Source of the DNA: Zootoca vivipara
Taxonomy: Eukaryota
Direction: 5' to 3'
Length of the DNA stretch: 64,000 nt
NCBI RefSeq assembly: GCF_963506605.1
Contig: NC_083288.1
Coordinates: forward strand, 28,086,001 to 28,150,000
Shown here: positions 13,123 through 24,537 of the stretch, piece by piece
Position numbering within the stretch: position 1 is the first letter of the stretch
How the letters are laid out: every line of letters begins with the position of its first letter
Position numbers and translations under genes: made by a program
The notes under the pieces: generated by a model
Databases searched by the model: none
Told to the model about the DNA's origin: nothing
Seen by the model: the letters and a program-made list of their open reading frames with translations, nothing else

Positions 13123-14061
13123 ATGAGAAAGATGTGGAGACAGAATTGGACATCAGTGAATGAATTCATTCTTCTTGGCTTCACCACTCACCCCACATTG
13201 CAGCAAGTCCTCTTAGTGCTCTGCCTGGCTGTAACTCTAGCTACCATTTTTGGGAACAGCCTAATCATCTACTTGGTGTGGGTTGACTCACGACTCCACA
13301 CAGCCATGTACTTTTTCATTGGTAACCTCTCTTTTCTGGACATGCTCTTCACAGTGATTACTGTCCCTCAGATGCTTGTCCACCTGGCCTCTGGTATAAA
13401 TATCATTACCTTCAACAGATGCATGGCCCAACTCAACCTGACTCTGTCCTGTGGGATGACTGAGTGCTTCATCCTGGCTTTCATGGCATATGACCGCTAT
13501 GTGGCCATATGTCAACCACTGCGGTACCCAACCATCATGCGGATGCAAGTGTGTGTCCAGATGGCAGGAGCATGTTGGCTAGGAGGCTTCTTCAATGCTG
13601 CAACACTGACAGTTGTCACCATAAATTTCCCCTTCTGTGGACCCAACCAAATCAACCATTTCTTTTGCGAGGAGCCTGCCGTGTTGCAGCTGGCTTGCAT
13701 GGACACCTATATAGTAAAAGTTCTTATATTTGCCTTGAGTGTCATTGTGCTCATGTTGCCTTTCACTTTTATAGTGATCTCCTACATCCACATTGCCAGG
13801 GTGGTGCTCAACATGCACTCAGCAAAGGGACGGCAACGAGCTTTCTCCACCTGTGCTACCCACCTCACTGTTGTCACATTGTTCTACAGCACCATTGGCT
13901 TCACCTACTTGCAGCCCCAGTCCAGCCGTGTGGCTGACCAGGAAAAGAGAGCCTCAGTTTTCTATGCTCTGGTCTCCCCCATGCTGAACCCGATCATTTA
14001 TAGTCTGAGGAATAAGGACGTTAAGGGAGCTTTGGCCAAAGCAATGGGGAAAGTCAGCTGA
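13123..14061 (+). CDS. Olfactory receptor, class II, intact (312 aa), inverted paralog of 2819-3757
   Basis: Same OR motifs. Acceptor AG at 13111-13112 and in-frame ATG at 13123. Confidence 0.95.
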   Translation: MRKMWRQNWTSVNEFILLGFTTHPTLQQVLLVLCLAVTLATIFGNSLIIYLVWVDSRLHTAMYFFIGNLSFLDMLFTVITVPQMLVHLASGINIITFNRCMAQLNLTLSCGMTECFILAFMAYDRYVAICQPLRYPTIMRMQVCVQMAGACWLGGFFNAATLTVVTINFPFCGPNQINHFFCEEPAVLQLACMDTYIVKVLIFALSVIVLMLPFTFIVISYIHIARVVLNMHSAKGRQRAFSTCATHLTVVTLFYSTIGFTYLQPQSSRVADQEKRASVFYALVSPMLNPIIYSLRNKDVKGALAKAMGKVS

Positions 14062-14405
14062 GTCTCTTCCATATTGCAACTTGGAAGAGAGATTGTGCAT
14101 TCCGTGTAGAAAACCTCTTAATCCAAATACTCCTGGAATTTATTCCATTTGATTCTCTCCCAGTAAACCACAAAATCTTTAAAAATTGTCTTCTATGCTC
14201 ACTTCTTCAGACTTGGTTTTAGCATGCAGTTCTATACTACATACTTATTACAGTGATTATTAGCCACTCTCTCCTTGGTAACTCTGCTAACTTTAGATCT
14301 GGTAGGGGAATTTTGGGTCATTTGGATCTGTCACATAATTCTCAGGACTTCAGTAATCTACAGTTTATACAATATTTCAGGAAAGTAAAGACAATTAGAA
14401 CAAGG

Positions 14406-14492
14406 TAAAAAAAAGGTAAAGGACCCCTAAAAGTTAAGTCCAGTCACAGATGACTCTGGGGTTGCGGCGTTCATCTCGCTTTGCAGGCCGAA
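14406..14492 (-). mobile_element. Sauria (Squam1) SINE 3' fragment
   Basis: GGTAAAGGACCCC...GACTCTGGGGTTGCGGCG.TCATCTCGC matches the other SINE copies. Absent from the left arm. Confidence 0.8.
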
Positions 14493-16668
14493 CTCACTCA
14501 CCCACCGTGCAATCCAACCATCTTCCCCTTAATATTGATGCCTACTGTGCACTTAGGATACTATGTTGTCCCCTGTCAGCAGAGAGGCATTCTTCTGCTT
14601 GAACTACACCTCCCATCCACTGTCACCAGCAATACCTCTGTGGGAAATGGCAACATGTGAATAGTTAGAAAGACAGAGTCAATGTTTACAGTTGAAAGTT
14701 GCAGTCATATGAACCAAATTTAAAGCATCAAGTAGGGAGAAGACAGAGGCAAGAGCAATACCTGATGTCTGTTTGAAACCAAGGCTGTGGCTATGGGAGA
14801 AACAACACCTTTTTGGAGTGTTGATGCTGTGAACCCCTCTGCCATAGACTCAGAATGTATATATGTGTAAATAAACCACATATATTAAAGACATTCTCCA
14901 CTGTGCCTCGTTCCTGAAGGAAACATGAACCCTGGGTATGTCCCTGGAATCCCTGGAATATCACACCACACATTGCTTATATAAAGTCCCATTTTGGGTG
15001 AAAGATTCCTGCCTGTATTTCAGGGAGTTGGACTACATGACCCTTGTGCTTCCTTCCAACTATACAATTCTATGATTGTATTATATAAACATCATGCTTT
15101 CCAATGGGTTCAGATGCTAACATTTAATTGCCAGTCATTGTGTGGACTCATTAAGAGTTGTGCATGTGTATGATCAGTCCCCAACCTCCCAAAGGCAAGA
15201 CCAGATAGAGCTTATATCCTTCAACCCTGAATTTTGTAATGTAGTTCGACATTCTACTTTAGAAAAAAAATAAGATGTATATTTTAAAGCAAATAACAAA
15301 AAAGACCATAACAGAGAAAAGTGTTTCTGAAATGTTTATATTAGACAAAATACCAATTTTAGAAGAATTTTGTAAAAAAAAGGGGGGGTTATGTTTTGTG
15401 GGAACTTCCTACCCTCATCCCCCTAAAAAAGGCAACTATTATGTAAATGTGGTGAATTAAATTTAATATTGAGAAAATTAGACATTCAGATTGATAGATT
15501 TGGTCCTGCCTGGTGAAGAGTTACTAATTGTAGGAGGGACCATATGCACTATTTTCTCCCCCCTCTGTGATAAATTATTATTACTGACAGTCCAAAAGTG
15601 TCCACCTCATATTGTGACCGCTTCAATTCTGCTCGAAACAATTTGTTCAAAGGTTCTTGCATCATCAAACACATTGCTTCAAATTCTGCCCCTTCCCCCA
15701 ACACACACCCCTTTCCTGATCTCTAATGGTGTGAATGAACAAATGAGATAATATAGATAATATAGATTTGGAACTGGTACATACCAGTTTGTTCTGTTTA
15801 TTCTACTAGGAAACAAACGTATCCCCAAATGATACACTTACCTTTGGGGACCAAGGTGATATAGCATTCTGCTCCTCTAAAAATATATAGCACATTTCTA
15901 ATTAAAAATCAAGGTGATCCTTAACTCCTGCTGAGAAATGTGAAGTATAGCTACCATAAGAAATAATTTCCGAAGTTTATATGTCAGTAAGGGATCAATT
16001 ATCCTATTCACTAGCAGTTAAAAGGAACCATGGAAATTCAAAAGTATGAACAAGACTTATAACTCTAAAAATAATGCAAATCAAGGCCAGCAGGGACTTT
16101 TTAATAGTGTTGTCTTTATATTCTCAAGTGAAAAATGGCTTGGAAATTATGCTCCAAATAATCACAGTAGCTGAGGTGACCAAGCAGGCTTGCTTTGCTA
16201 GAATAGAACTTTCTCCCAAATTTAAGAGGTAGCTGTGGAATTTCTTGACTCTGATAGGTATCATAAACCTTACTTTATTATCCGGTACTGTATTAAGTAT
16301 GAAACAGAAGTGCCAACTTGAAGAAGATATTGTGGGGCTCTGGTAAGTCCTGCCCCACATAATTGATGGCATGACGCAGTGCTCACACACCATATGAATG
16401 GGAATGCCTATCAGCTTTGTGGGGGTCTGGCCACCTCCAATTGTGGGGACCAAAGCCCCCACGGCCCCTAGGACCTGGCTCCTATGGTATTAAAGGAGAA
16501 GTACAGGTGGACAAATAATTTAGATCCTCTTATTGCATATTTTCAGGTTTTAGTTCTCTCACTTGGGACTGTGTTGTCTTCACTTACAAATGTGTAGCAG
16601 CCCCGTTTCCACTGGATGCACAGTGTGTAAGTCCCCTTCAGTCCAACTATAGGTCTTATCTCTGAGTA

Positions 16669-16824
16669 CAGGTAGGTGGCTGTGTTGGTCTGGCATAGTT
16701 GAGATAAAAATTAAAATAAAAAAATTGTCTTGTAGCACCTTATAGACCAACTAAGTTTGTTGTGGCATAAGCTTTTCTGTGCATGCACACTTCTTCAGAT
16801 ACACTTCTTCAGATTCGTCTTCAG

Positions 16825-16825
<1 letters not shown>
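16669..16825 (-). mobile_element. Penelope-type short element with degenerate minimal hammerhead motif
   Basis: Minus strand GTAT-CTGAAGA-A-GTGTGCATGCACA-GAAAA-GCT-T-ATGC (16765-16802), then the shared tail CTTAGTTGGTCT..AAGGTGCTAC...CAGACCAACAC..C.ACCTACCTG. Short tandem CTGAAGA repeats at the 5' end. Confidence 0.7.
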
Positions 16826-16868
<43 letters not shown>

Positions 16869-17358
16869 CTTTGAGGAAACATGGATTGAATTGTAATGTT
16901 AATAGAATTATCACAAGGATGGGGAACCTGTGGCTCACCACATATTGGTCTTTGACACATATCGGCCTTGACCAATGGCCATGCTGTCTTGTGCTGAGGG
17001 CAGTTGAAGTCACACCTGAAGGGGTGCCTGTTCATCATCCACAAATGATCTTATACCAATGTAGCTGATTTGTGATTAGGTGTACTGATGAATATAAACA
17101 GTTTGAAAGAGTAGTTAAGGTGACCAGATGCAAAACAATACAGCAATACTGAGCTTATCTTAATCTAGCAAAAAAATTGCATGGCTATAAAAGATTCAGG
17201 AACTCTACCTTCCTTTGCAATAAGTTAAACTATTAATTTGAGCAATACTTTGGTAACCACAAAAAGCTTATGTAGTAATAGTAGTAGTAGTGGTAGTAGT
17301 GGTAGTAGTAGTAGTAGTAGTAATATACTCAAATGTGCTAAAATTTGTCTTTTTACAG

Positions 17359-17427
<69 letters not shown>

Positions 17428-17428
17428 G
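16826..17428. repeat. Microsatellites (TTA)n ~16826-16869, (AGT)n ~17273-17322, (GT)n(AT)n ~17363-17427
   Basis: Direct reading. Confidence 0.9.
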
Positions 17429-18689
17429 GTATGCATTCTGTCCTTTCAGTTAAGACATTTTGTTGTACAAAAGTAAATACACCTAAGGATTAATGGAAAT
17501 TGATTTGTTTATTAAACTATTTGCCTAAAATAAAAATCAACTTAAAGGTATTTATCTTCTTCTTTTTAATAGAAATGTTCAATGAAATTAAGTCTTGCTA
17601 AAAATGGAAAGGTAAAAGAAGCGGTATAACATGTAGAATATTAAACATTTTTGGAAAAGCCAGCTCCCTGCTAGTGCTGTATAAATGTTAGGCTTTAGAA
17701 TAAACTTTGAATTGTAACTTTAAATTAAGACAAGCAAATGTAAAATACTAAGGCAACATGATGTAAATTAAAGCATACGGATGAAGTTTCAAGTTAGTAT
17801 AATGAAAATTTGAAGAAAGATTTGACTGAGGGAAGTGGGACATTGAAAAGCTGTTATCTGGTCACCTCCACATTATGCTAATCCACCCCAGCAAAACAGA
17901 TCACAGATTGGGGTTGCACTGTAAATCAATTTAATAGACCCAGCGCAAAATGTATTAAATAGCTATTAATCTCTTTGTTTGTTGCTTTACCTTCAGTATA
18001 TAATCCAATCCAATAATCTTGAAGAAATGAAGTGGGAAAACCAAACAACTGTGACAGAATTTATCCTCGTTGGTTTTTCAACCATGCCAAATATAGAGCT
18101 GTTTTTGTTTCCCCCAGTCTTGATGATGTACATTGTGACAGTGACTGGGAACGTCCTCATCATTGTGATTGTCACGATAGACCCAGCTCTTCAATCGCCA
18201 ATGTACTTCTTCCTGAGGAACTTGTCTTTCATTGAGATCTGCTTCACTTTAGACACAATCCCTAAAATGCTAGTCAACCTTCTGCTGAAGCATAAAAGTA
18301 TTTCTTACATTGGCTGTGCCATTCAGATGTCTTGCTTCTTCTATTTTGGATGTGCTGAGTGTTTCCTTTTAGCTGTCATGTCCTATGACCGCTATGTTGC
18401 TATTTGTAACCCCTTGCACTATGCCACTGTCATGAACAGGAATTTCTGCCACAAGTTGGTGGGTGGGGTGTGGGTCATTGGCATTCCTGTATCACTATTG
18501 CAGGCAGCCTGGATCTTTAGTCTCCCCTTTTGTGGACAAAAAGAGGTCAATCACTTTTTCTGTGATACACCACCAGTACTGAAGTTAGTTTGTGCTGATA
18601 CTTACTTATTTGAAATGCAAGCCCTTGCCTCTACGCTCTTGTTCATCATGTTTCCTTTTGTACTCATCCTGATCTCCTGTTGTTGTTGT

Positions 18690-21600
18690 TTAGTCGTTTA
18701 GTCGTGTCCGACTCTTCGTGACCCCATGGACCATAGCACGCCAGGCACTCCTGTCTTGCACTGCCTCCCGCAGTTTGGTCAAACTCATGTTCGTAGCTTC
18801 GAGAACACTGTCCAACCATCTTGTCCTCTGTCGTCCCCTTCTCCTAGTGCCCTCAATCTTTCCCAACATCAGGGTCTTTTCCAAGGATTCTTCTCTTCTC
18901 ATGAGGTGGCCAAAGTATTGGAGCCTCAGCTTCACGATCTGTCCTTCCAGGGAGCACTCAGGGCTGATTTCCTTAAGAATGGATAGGTTTGATCTTCTAG
19001 CAGTCCATGGGACTCTCAAGAGTCTCCTCCAGCACCATAATTCAAAAGCATCAATTCTTCGACGATCAGCCTTCTTTATGGTCCAGCTCTCACTTCCATA
19101 CATCACTACTGGGAAAACCATAGCTTTAACTATACGGACCTTTGTCGGCAAAGTGATGTCTCTGCTTTTTAAGATGCTGTCTAGGTTTGTCATTGCTTTT
19201 CTCCCAAGAAGCAGGCGTCTTTTAATTTCGTGACTGCTGTCACCATCTGCAGTGATCAAGGAGCCCAAGAAAGTAAAATCTCTCACTGCCTCCATTTCTT
19301 CCCCTTCTATTTGCCAGGAGGTGATGGGACCAGTGGCCATGATCTTGGTTTTTTTGATGTTGAGCTTCAGACCATATTTTGCGCTCTCCTCTTTCACCCT
19401 CATTAAAAGGTTCTTTAATTCCTCCTCGCTTTCTGCCATCAAGGTTGTGTCATCTGCATATCTGAGGTTGTTGATATTTCTTCCGGCAATCTTAATTCCG
19501 GCTTGGGATTCATCTAGTCCAGCCTTTCGCATGATGAATTCTGCATATAAGTTAAATAAGCAGGGAGACAATATACAACCTTGTCGTACTCCTTTCCCAA
19601 TTTTGAACCAATCAGTTGTTCCATATCCAGTTCTAACTGTAGCTTCTTGTCCCACATAGAGATTTCTCAGGAGACAGATGAGGTGATCAGGCACTCCCAT
19701 TTCTTTAAGAACTTGCCATAGTTTGCTGTGGTCGACACAGTCAAAGGCTTTTGCATAGTCAATGAAGCAGAAGTAGACGTTTTTCTGGAACTCTCTAGCT
19801 TTCTCCATAATCCAGCGCATGTTTGCTATTTGGTCTCTGGTTCCTCTGCCCTTTCGAAATCCAGCTTGCACTTCTGGGAGTTCTCGGTCCACATACTGCC
19901 TAAGCCTGCCTTGTAGAATTTTAAGCATAACCTTGCTAGCGTGTGAAATGAGCGCAATTGTGCGGTAGTTAGAGCATTCTTTGGCACTGCCCTTCTTTGG
20001 AATTGGGATGTAGACTGATCTTTTCCAATCCTCTGGCCATTGCTGAGTTTTCCAAACTTGCTGGCATATTGGGTGTAGCACCTTAACAGCATCATCTTTT
20101 AAAATTTTAAATAGTTCAGCTGGAATATCATCACTTCCACTGGCCTTGTTATTAGCAATGCTTTCTAAGGCCCATTTGACTTCACTCTCCAAGATGTCTG
20201 GCTCAAGGTCAGCAACCACACTACCTGGGGTGTATGAGACCTCCATATCTTTCTGGTATAATTCCTCTGTGTATTCTTGCCACCTCTTCTTGATGTCTTC
20301 TGCTTCTGTTAGGTCCTTACCACTTTTGTCCTTGATTATGGTAATCTTTGTACGAAATGTTCCTTTCATATCACCAATTTTCTTGAACAGATCTCTGGTT
20401 TTCCCCATTCTATTGTTTTCCTCTATTTCTTTGCATTGCTCATTTAAGAAGACCCTCTTGTCTCTCCTTGCTGTTTTTTGGAAATCTGCATTCAGTTTCC
20501 TGTATCTTTCCCTATCTCCCTTGCATTTTGCTTGCCTCCTCTCCTCCGCTATTTGTAAGGCCTCGTTGGACAGCCATTTTGCTTTCTTGCATTTCCTTTT
20601 CCTTGGGATGGTTTTCATTGCTGCCTCCTGTATAATGTTACGAGCCTCCATCCATAGTTCTTCAGGCACTCTGTCCACCAAATCTAAATCCTTAAACCTG
20701 TTCCTCACTTCCACTGTGTATTCATAAGGGATTTGATTCAGATTGTATCTTACTGGCCCAGTGGTTTTTCCTACTTTCTTCAGTTTAAGCTGGAATTTTG
20801 CTATAAGAAGCTGATGATCTGAGTTACAATCAGCTCCAGGTCTTGTTTTTGCTGACTGTATAGAGCTTCTCCATCTTTGGCTGCAGAGAATATAATCAAT
20901 CTGATTTCGATGCTGCCCATTTGGTGATATCCATGTGTAGAGTCGTCTCTTGTGTTGTTGGAAGAGAGTGTTTGTGATGACCAGCTTGTTCTCTTGACAG
21001 AACTCTATTAGCCTTTGCCCTGCTTCATTTTGAACTCCAAGGCCAAACTTGCCAGTTGTTCCTTTTATCTCTTGATTCCCTACTTTAGCATTCCAATCCC
21101 CTGTAATGAGAAGAACATCCTTCTTTGGTGTCATTTCTAGAAGTTGTTGTAGGTCTTCATAGAATTGGTCAATTTCACTTTCTTCAGCACCAGTAGTTGG
21201 TGCATAAACTTGGATTACTGTGATGTTAAAAGGTCTGCCTTGGATTCGTATCGAGATCATTCTGTCATTTTTGAGATTGCATCCCATTACAGCTTTTGCC
21301 ACTCTTTTGTTGACTATGAGGGCCACTCCATTTCTGCTACAGGATTCTTGCCCACAGTAGTAGATATGATAGTCACCCGAACTGAATTCGCCCATTCCCT
21401 TCCATTTTAGTTCACTGATGCCCAGGATGTCGATATTTATTCTTGTCATCTCATTTTTGACCACATCCAGCTTACCTCTATTCATGGTTCTTACATTCCA
21501 GGTTCCTATGCAATATTTTTCTTTACAGCATCGGACTTTCCTTTCGCTTCCAGGCATATCCGCAACTGAGCGTCCTTTCGGCTTTGGCCCAGCCGCTTCA

Positions 21601-21791
21601 TCAGCTCTGAATCTACTTGTACTTATCCTCCGCTCTTCCTCAGTAGCATGTTGGACGCCTTCCGACCTGAGGGGCTCATCTTCCAGCGTCATAACTTTTA
21701 TATGCCTGTTGTCTTTGTCCATGGAGTTTTCTTGGCAGGGATACTGGAGTGGCTTGCCAGTTCCTTCTCCAGGTGGATCACGTTTAGTCAA
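18690..21791 (-). CDS. Bov-B ORF: AP endonuclease + reverse transcriptase (1033 codons open; the track start is TTG)
   Basis: APE motifs [31 protein letters not shown] motifs [42 protein letters not shown]. Typical Bov-B C-terminus [12 protein letters not shown]. Confidence 0.95.
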   Translation of the reverse strand: MTKRDPPGEGTGKPLQYPCQENSMDKDNRHIKVMTLEDEPLRSEGVQHATEEERRISTSRFRADEAAGPKPKGRSVADMPGSERKVRCCKEKYCIGTWNVRTMNRGKLDVVKNEMTRINIDILGISELKWKGMGEFSSGDYHIYYCGQESCSRNGVALIVNKRVAKAVMGCNLKNDRMISIRIQGRPFNITVIQVYAPTTGAEESEIDQFYEDLQQLLEMTPKKDVLLITGDWNAKVGNQEIKGTTGKFGLGVQNEAGQRLIEFCQENKLVITNTLFQQHKRRLYTWISPNGQHRNQIDYILCSQRWRSSIQSAKTRPGADCNSDHQLLIAKFQLKLKKVGKTTGPVRYNLNQIPYEYTVEVRNRFKDLDLVDRVPEELWMEARNIIQEAAMKTIPRKRKCKKAKWLSNEALQIAEERRQAKCKGDRERYRKLNADFQKTARRDKRVFLNEQCKEIEENNRMGKTRDLFKKIGDMKGTFRTKITIIKDKSGKDLTEAEDIKKRWQEYTEELYQKDMEVSYTPGSVVADLEPDILESEVKWALESIANNKASGSDDIPAELFKILKDDAVKVLHPICQQVWKTQQWPEDWKRSVYIPIPKKGSAKECSNYRTIALISHASKVMLKILQGRLRQYVDRELPEVQAGFRKGRGTRDQIANMRWIMEKAREFQKNVYFCFIDYAKAFDCVDHSKLWQVLKEMGVPDHLICLLRNLYVGQEATVRTGYGTTDWFKIGKGVRQGCILSPCLFNLYAEFIMRKAGLDESQAGIKIAGRNINNLRYADDTTLMAESEEELKNLLMRVKEESAKYGLKLNIKKTKIMATGPITSWQIEGEEMEAVRDFTFLGSLITADGDSSHEIKRRLLLGRKAMTNLDSILKSRDITLPTKVRIVKAMVFPVVMYGSESWTIKKADRRRIDAFELWCWRRLLRVPWTARRSNLSILKEISPECSLEGQIVKLRLQYFGHLMRREESLEKTLMLGKIEGTRRRGRQRTRWLDSVLEATNMSLTKLREAVQDRSAWRAMVHGVTKSRTRLND

Positions 21792-21902
21792 AACTCTCCA
21801 CTATGACCTGTCCATCTTGGGTGGCCCTGCATGGCATAGCTCATAGCTTCTCTGAGTTATTCAAGCCCCTTCGCCACGACAAGGCATTGATCCATGAAGG
21901 GG
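21774..21902 (-). ncRNA. Candidate HDV-like self-cleaving ribozyme at the Bov-B 5' end
   Basis: P1 CCCCUUC/GAAGGGG, P2 UGGAUCA/UGAUCCA, P3 GCC/GGC closing L3 UUGUCGU, and J4/2 CUAAA occur in HDV order. P1 starts 1 nt inside the element's 5' boundary. Confidence 0.55.
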
Positions 21903-22261
21903 ACCTGATCTCCTACATACGCATCATTACCACCATCCTCAGAATATCTTCAGCAGAGGGCAGTCACAAAGCCTTCTCTACTTGCTCGTCTCATCTCACT
22001 GTGGTGACATTGTTCTATGGAAGTGGGAGCATTGTCTATCTGAGACCCAACTCCAACTATTCCCCAGAAGTAAAAAAAATGCTTGCTCTATTTTATGCAG
22101 TCCTCACACCAATGCTAAACCCCATTATCTACACTCTGAGGAACCATGAAGTGAAGGAAGCCATGAAGAGAATTCTTGGGCAGAAAATCTTCTCATAGAT
22201 TACAAAGATGTAATACATGGAGATTTCCTAATGTCAGTTTAGGGACACACACACACACACA

Positions 22262-22462
22262 AAAAAAAAAATCCTTCCAGCAGCACCTTAGAGACAAACT
22301 CAATTTGTCATTGGTATGAGCTTTCGTGTGCATGCCCTCTGAAGAAGTGTAGATGCACACGAAAGCTCATACCAATGACAAACTTAGTTGGTCTCTAATG
22401 TGCTGCTGGAGGGAATTTTTTTATTTTGTTTGGACTACGTCAGACCAACCTAGCTACCTGCT
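22262..22462 (+). mobile_element. Penelope-type fold-back element with hammerhead motif
   Basis: Inverted arm 22262-22335 joined to CTGAAGAAGTGTAGATGCACACGAAAGCTCATACC (22339-22373) and the shared tail ending CAGACCAACCTAGCTACCTG. Confidence 0.75.
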
Positions 22463-22490
22463 TGTTAGTTGAGGAACAGATATTGATATA

Positions 22491-22731
22491 CAGGGCCGTC
22501 TTAAGCGCCCCTGGCGTCGTGGTGCGCCGGATCCTTCCGGCGCCCTCCCGCCCTGTTTCCCAGCGCGGTGGGCGGGTGGGTGCCGCGGGGTGGGCGGGCA
22601 GGCAGGCACAGCATGGTTGCCGTGCACGGTGGACCGGCTGGCCAGCGGGTGGGCGCAGCTTGCGGCGCCCTCCTGGCAGGCCGGCACCATGGTGCCCTGC
22701 GCCACCCAGCCTGGCTGTAGGGCTGGCCCTG
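22491..22731. mobile_element. Non-autonomous hAT element (GC-rich MITE)
   Basis: TIR CAGGGCC.../...GGCCCTG and 8-bp TSD TTGATATA (22483-22490, 22732-22739). Second copy at 39525-39767. Confidence 0.9.
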
Positions 22732-24074
22732 TTGATATAGCTCTGGCTGTTAGACAAAGAAATATCCAGGCAGTTCCTTTAGACAACAGACAGAAACAGT
22801 TCTGGAAGCAGTTGCAGCTTCTACTGTCTAGCACCATCAAAACTGTTTCTGACATCACTAAGTGTCACAAAGGGTTGTGCACCATCAGATACAATGACTC
22901 TGTTAACTTCTTTTTCTTTTTCTCTTTAATGCTGCTTTCTTTTTAAAAAATATGCCATGGTGGCAACTGGTCTGTGAGGGGACGAAGACTGGACAGCAGT
23001 GGGCGGCATGTCACAATGGCGGTGAAGGGGGATGGCAATGGCAGGGGGTGCCGGTCACCCAGAGCAACATTTTGTGGGTGCCCAGGCCCCCAGGGCCCAC
23101 TGGAGTTGGCACAAGTGCCAGGCTCTGATGAGGGAGCCTGTTGCAGGGGCATCTGGTGATGCCCCCTCAAAAAATGTGTGCAGAGTCACAGCCCCCACAA
23201 CCTTCATGGGGAGGTTCCACTCAGCATGACCTGCTGCTCCCTGCCACCCTTTTCCTGAGCTTCCAGTATCTCCTAGCAACCAGGGAGTGCCCTGCCTTGG
23301 CACGACTACCCATCTCCATGGTGACTGGGATGCATGGGCCTGGCAGGGTTCTAGCACTGATGGTCCATACAGTACTTCATGGTTGTGGAAGCATTTCACA
23401 ACCTAAAGAGCCACTAGCAGCAGGGCACAGCTTCTCCTCCTCCCTGCTGGCTTCCTTTGGGGAACATATAATACTCTATATGTGACTTCATTTTTCTCCT
23501 CTCATGTTCCCCACACAATTCTCCACCACCCATGACCAACTACTTTATGGACAGCCCCTGCAGGTGAGGAAGGCTCCTCGCTGCCCTGAAGGATACACAT
23601 TACTCTCATGTAAGTCATGTGACTTGCATGGGGAGTGAAGCCCCAAAAGACGTGCATTCCAATTTCCCTCTGCATGATGTTAGAGGGCATGTCAGAGAGC
23701 AGTGGTGTGGGTACATGTGCCGTCACCCCACCAGGGCTGTAGCTTCTGTGCCAGGGGTGGGGGAGGAGGAGGAGAGGAGGGCTCGCACGTGCTGTCCAAA
23801 GCCTGCGGCACCAGGGCCTGGTGAGCAAGAGAGTGAGGGGCTGAGCAGGCATTGACCTTTGATGCACCAGGGCCTCCCACCAGTCTGTTTTTCCTACTCA
23901 GGAGTAAGGCACCTTGAGTTCAGCAGGGTTTAACTCCCAGGTCAGTAAGCATTTAAAGACGGCAGCCTAAGCAGAGGCTGCTGGGTTTACATGTTCGCTG
24001 GGCTTTCCCACAGAAACCAACAGAGAAATTCATTCCATGGAGGTTGCAATCAAACTGCAGCCAAAGGAACAGAA

Positions 24075-24129
<55 letters not shown>

Positions 24130-24152
24130 TTTATACCCCACCCACCTGGCTG
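24075..24152 (-). repeat. (AAT)n tract plus extreme 3' end of an L2-type element
   Basis: (AAT)n followed by TTTATACCCCACCCACCTGGCTG. Confidence 0.65.
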
Positions 24153-24350
24153 AGTTTATTTCTTTATTTATATTTATTTGCATGTGTGCACACAGACAAT
24201 CATTATTATATCATATTAAAAATTGGGAGAGGGTGGCTCTTAGTACAGCCCTCCAGTGTACACTAGTGGCCAAAATTGTGGAACTTTCTGGAAAAAAATG
24301 TATTTCCGAGGTTTGATGGCTCATAACACCACTTTGTTTTGGAGTAATAT

Positions 24351-24537
24351 CAGTGCTTTTTTTCTGTGGGGACACAGGGGGACGCATACCCCTAAACATT
24401 TTGTGAATGTAACAGGAGAAGAAATTCACTGTATTTATTCTTCCTGATTTGAACTGTATTTATTTTTACCCAGTGGTGATTTTCTTGAGTCAAAATGTGA
24501 GCACCCCTAAACATTTTTATGAAAAAAAAAAGCATTA
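24351..24537. mobile_element. Non-autonomous hAT MITE
   Basis: Termini CAGTGCTTTTTTT / AAAAAAAGCATTA, with an 8-bp TSD AGTAATAT/AGTTATAT (1 mismatch). Confidence 0.65.

Larger units (their letters stand above)
10717..15217. repeat. Right arm of inverted segmental duplication
   Basis: Reverse complement of 523-8552. It lacks the left-arm segments ~1390-2621, ~3848-5115 and ~5393-6350. Confidence 0.92.
18679..21903 (-). mobile_element. Full-length Bov-B (RTE clade) LINE
   Basis: 11-bp TSD CCTGATCTCCT (18668-18678, 21904-21914), (CAA)n tail, 3225 bp, single intact EN+RT ORF. Confidence 0.96.
18027..22198 (+). pseudogene. Olfactory receptor (311 aa if rejoined) disrupted by Bov-B insertion in TM5
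   Basis: Joining 18027-18678 to 21915-22198 gives an uninterrupted OR: MKWENQT...MSYDRYVAIC...[11 protein letters not shown]...KAFSTCSSH...[12 protein letters not shown]. Confidence 0.93.

Noticed and set aside
15250-16110. Possible highly decayed LINE fragment (VYHLGIRL-like on the minus strand)
   Set aside because: A single weak motif with no boundaries. It cannot be supported without an alignment.
147-18678. Two different ORs inactivated at the same TM5 Ser-Tyr codon (nonsense at 147-149, Bov-B insertion at 18678)
   Set aside because: Different mechanisms and only two cases. Tyr codons are one step from a stop. Treated as coincidence.
3062-21846. Long antisense or alternate-frame ORFs over ORs and Bov-B (e.g. 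3062-3586, 18718-19233, 20146-20727)
   Set aside because: Shadow ORFs of real coding sequence, with no independent motifs.
22426-23880. GC-rich cluster of overlapping ORFs resembling a CpG-island gene (also 30200-30620, 38680-39150, 39417-39807)
   Set aside because: Explained by GC-rich MITEs (two with clear 8-bp TSDs) or unresolved repeat fragments. Stop codons are simply rare in GC-rich DNA.
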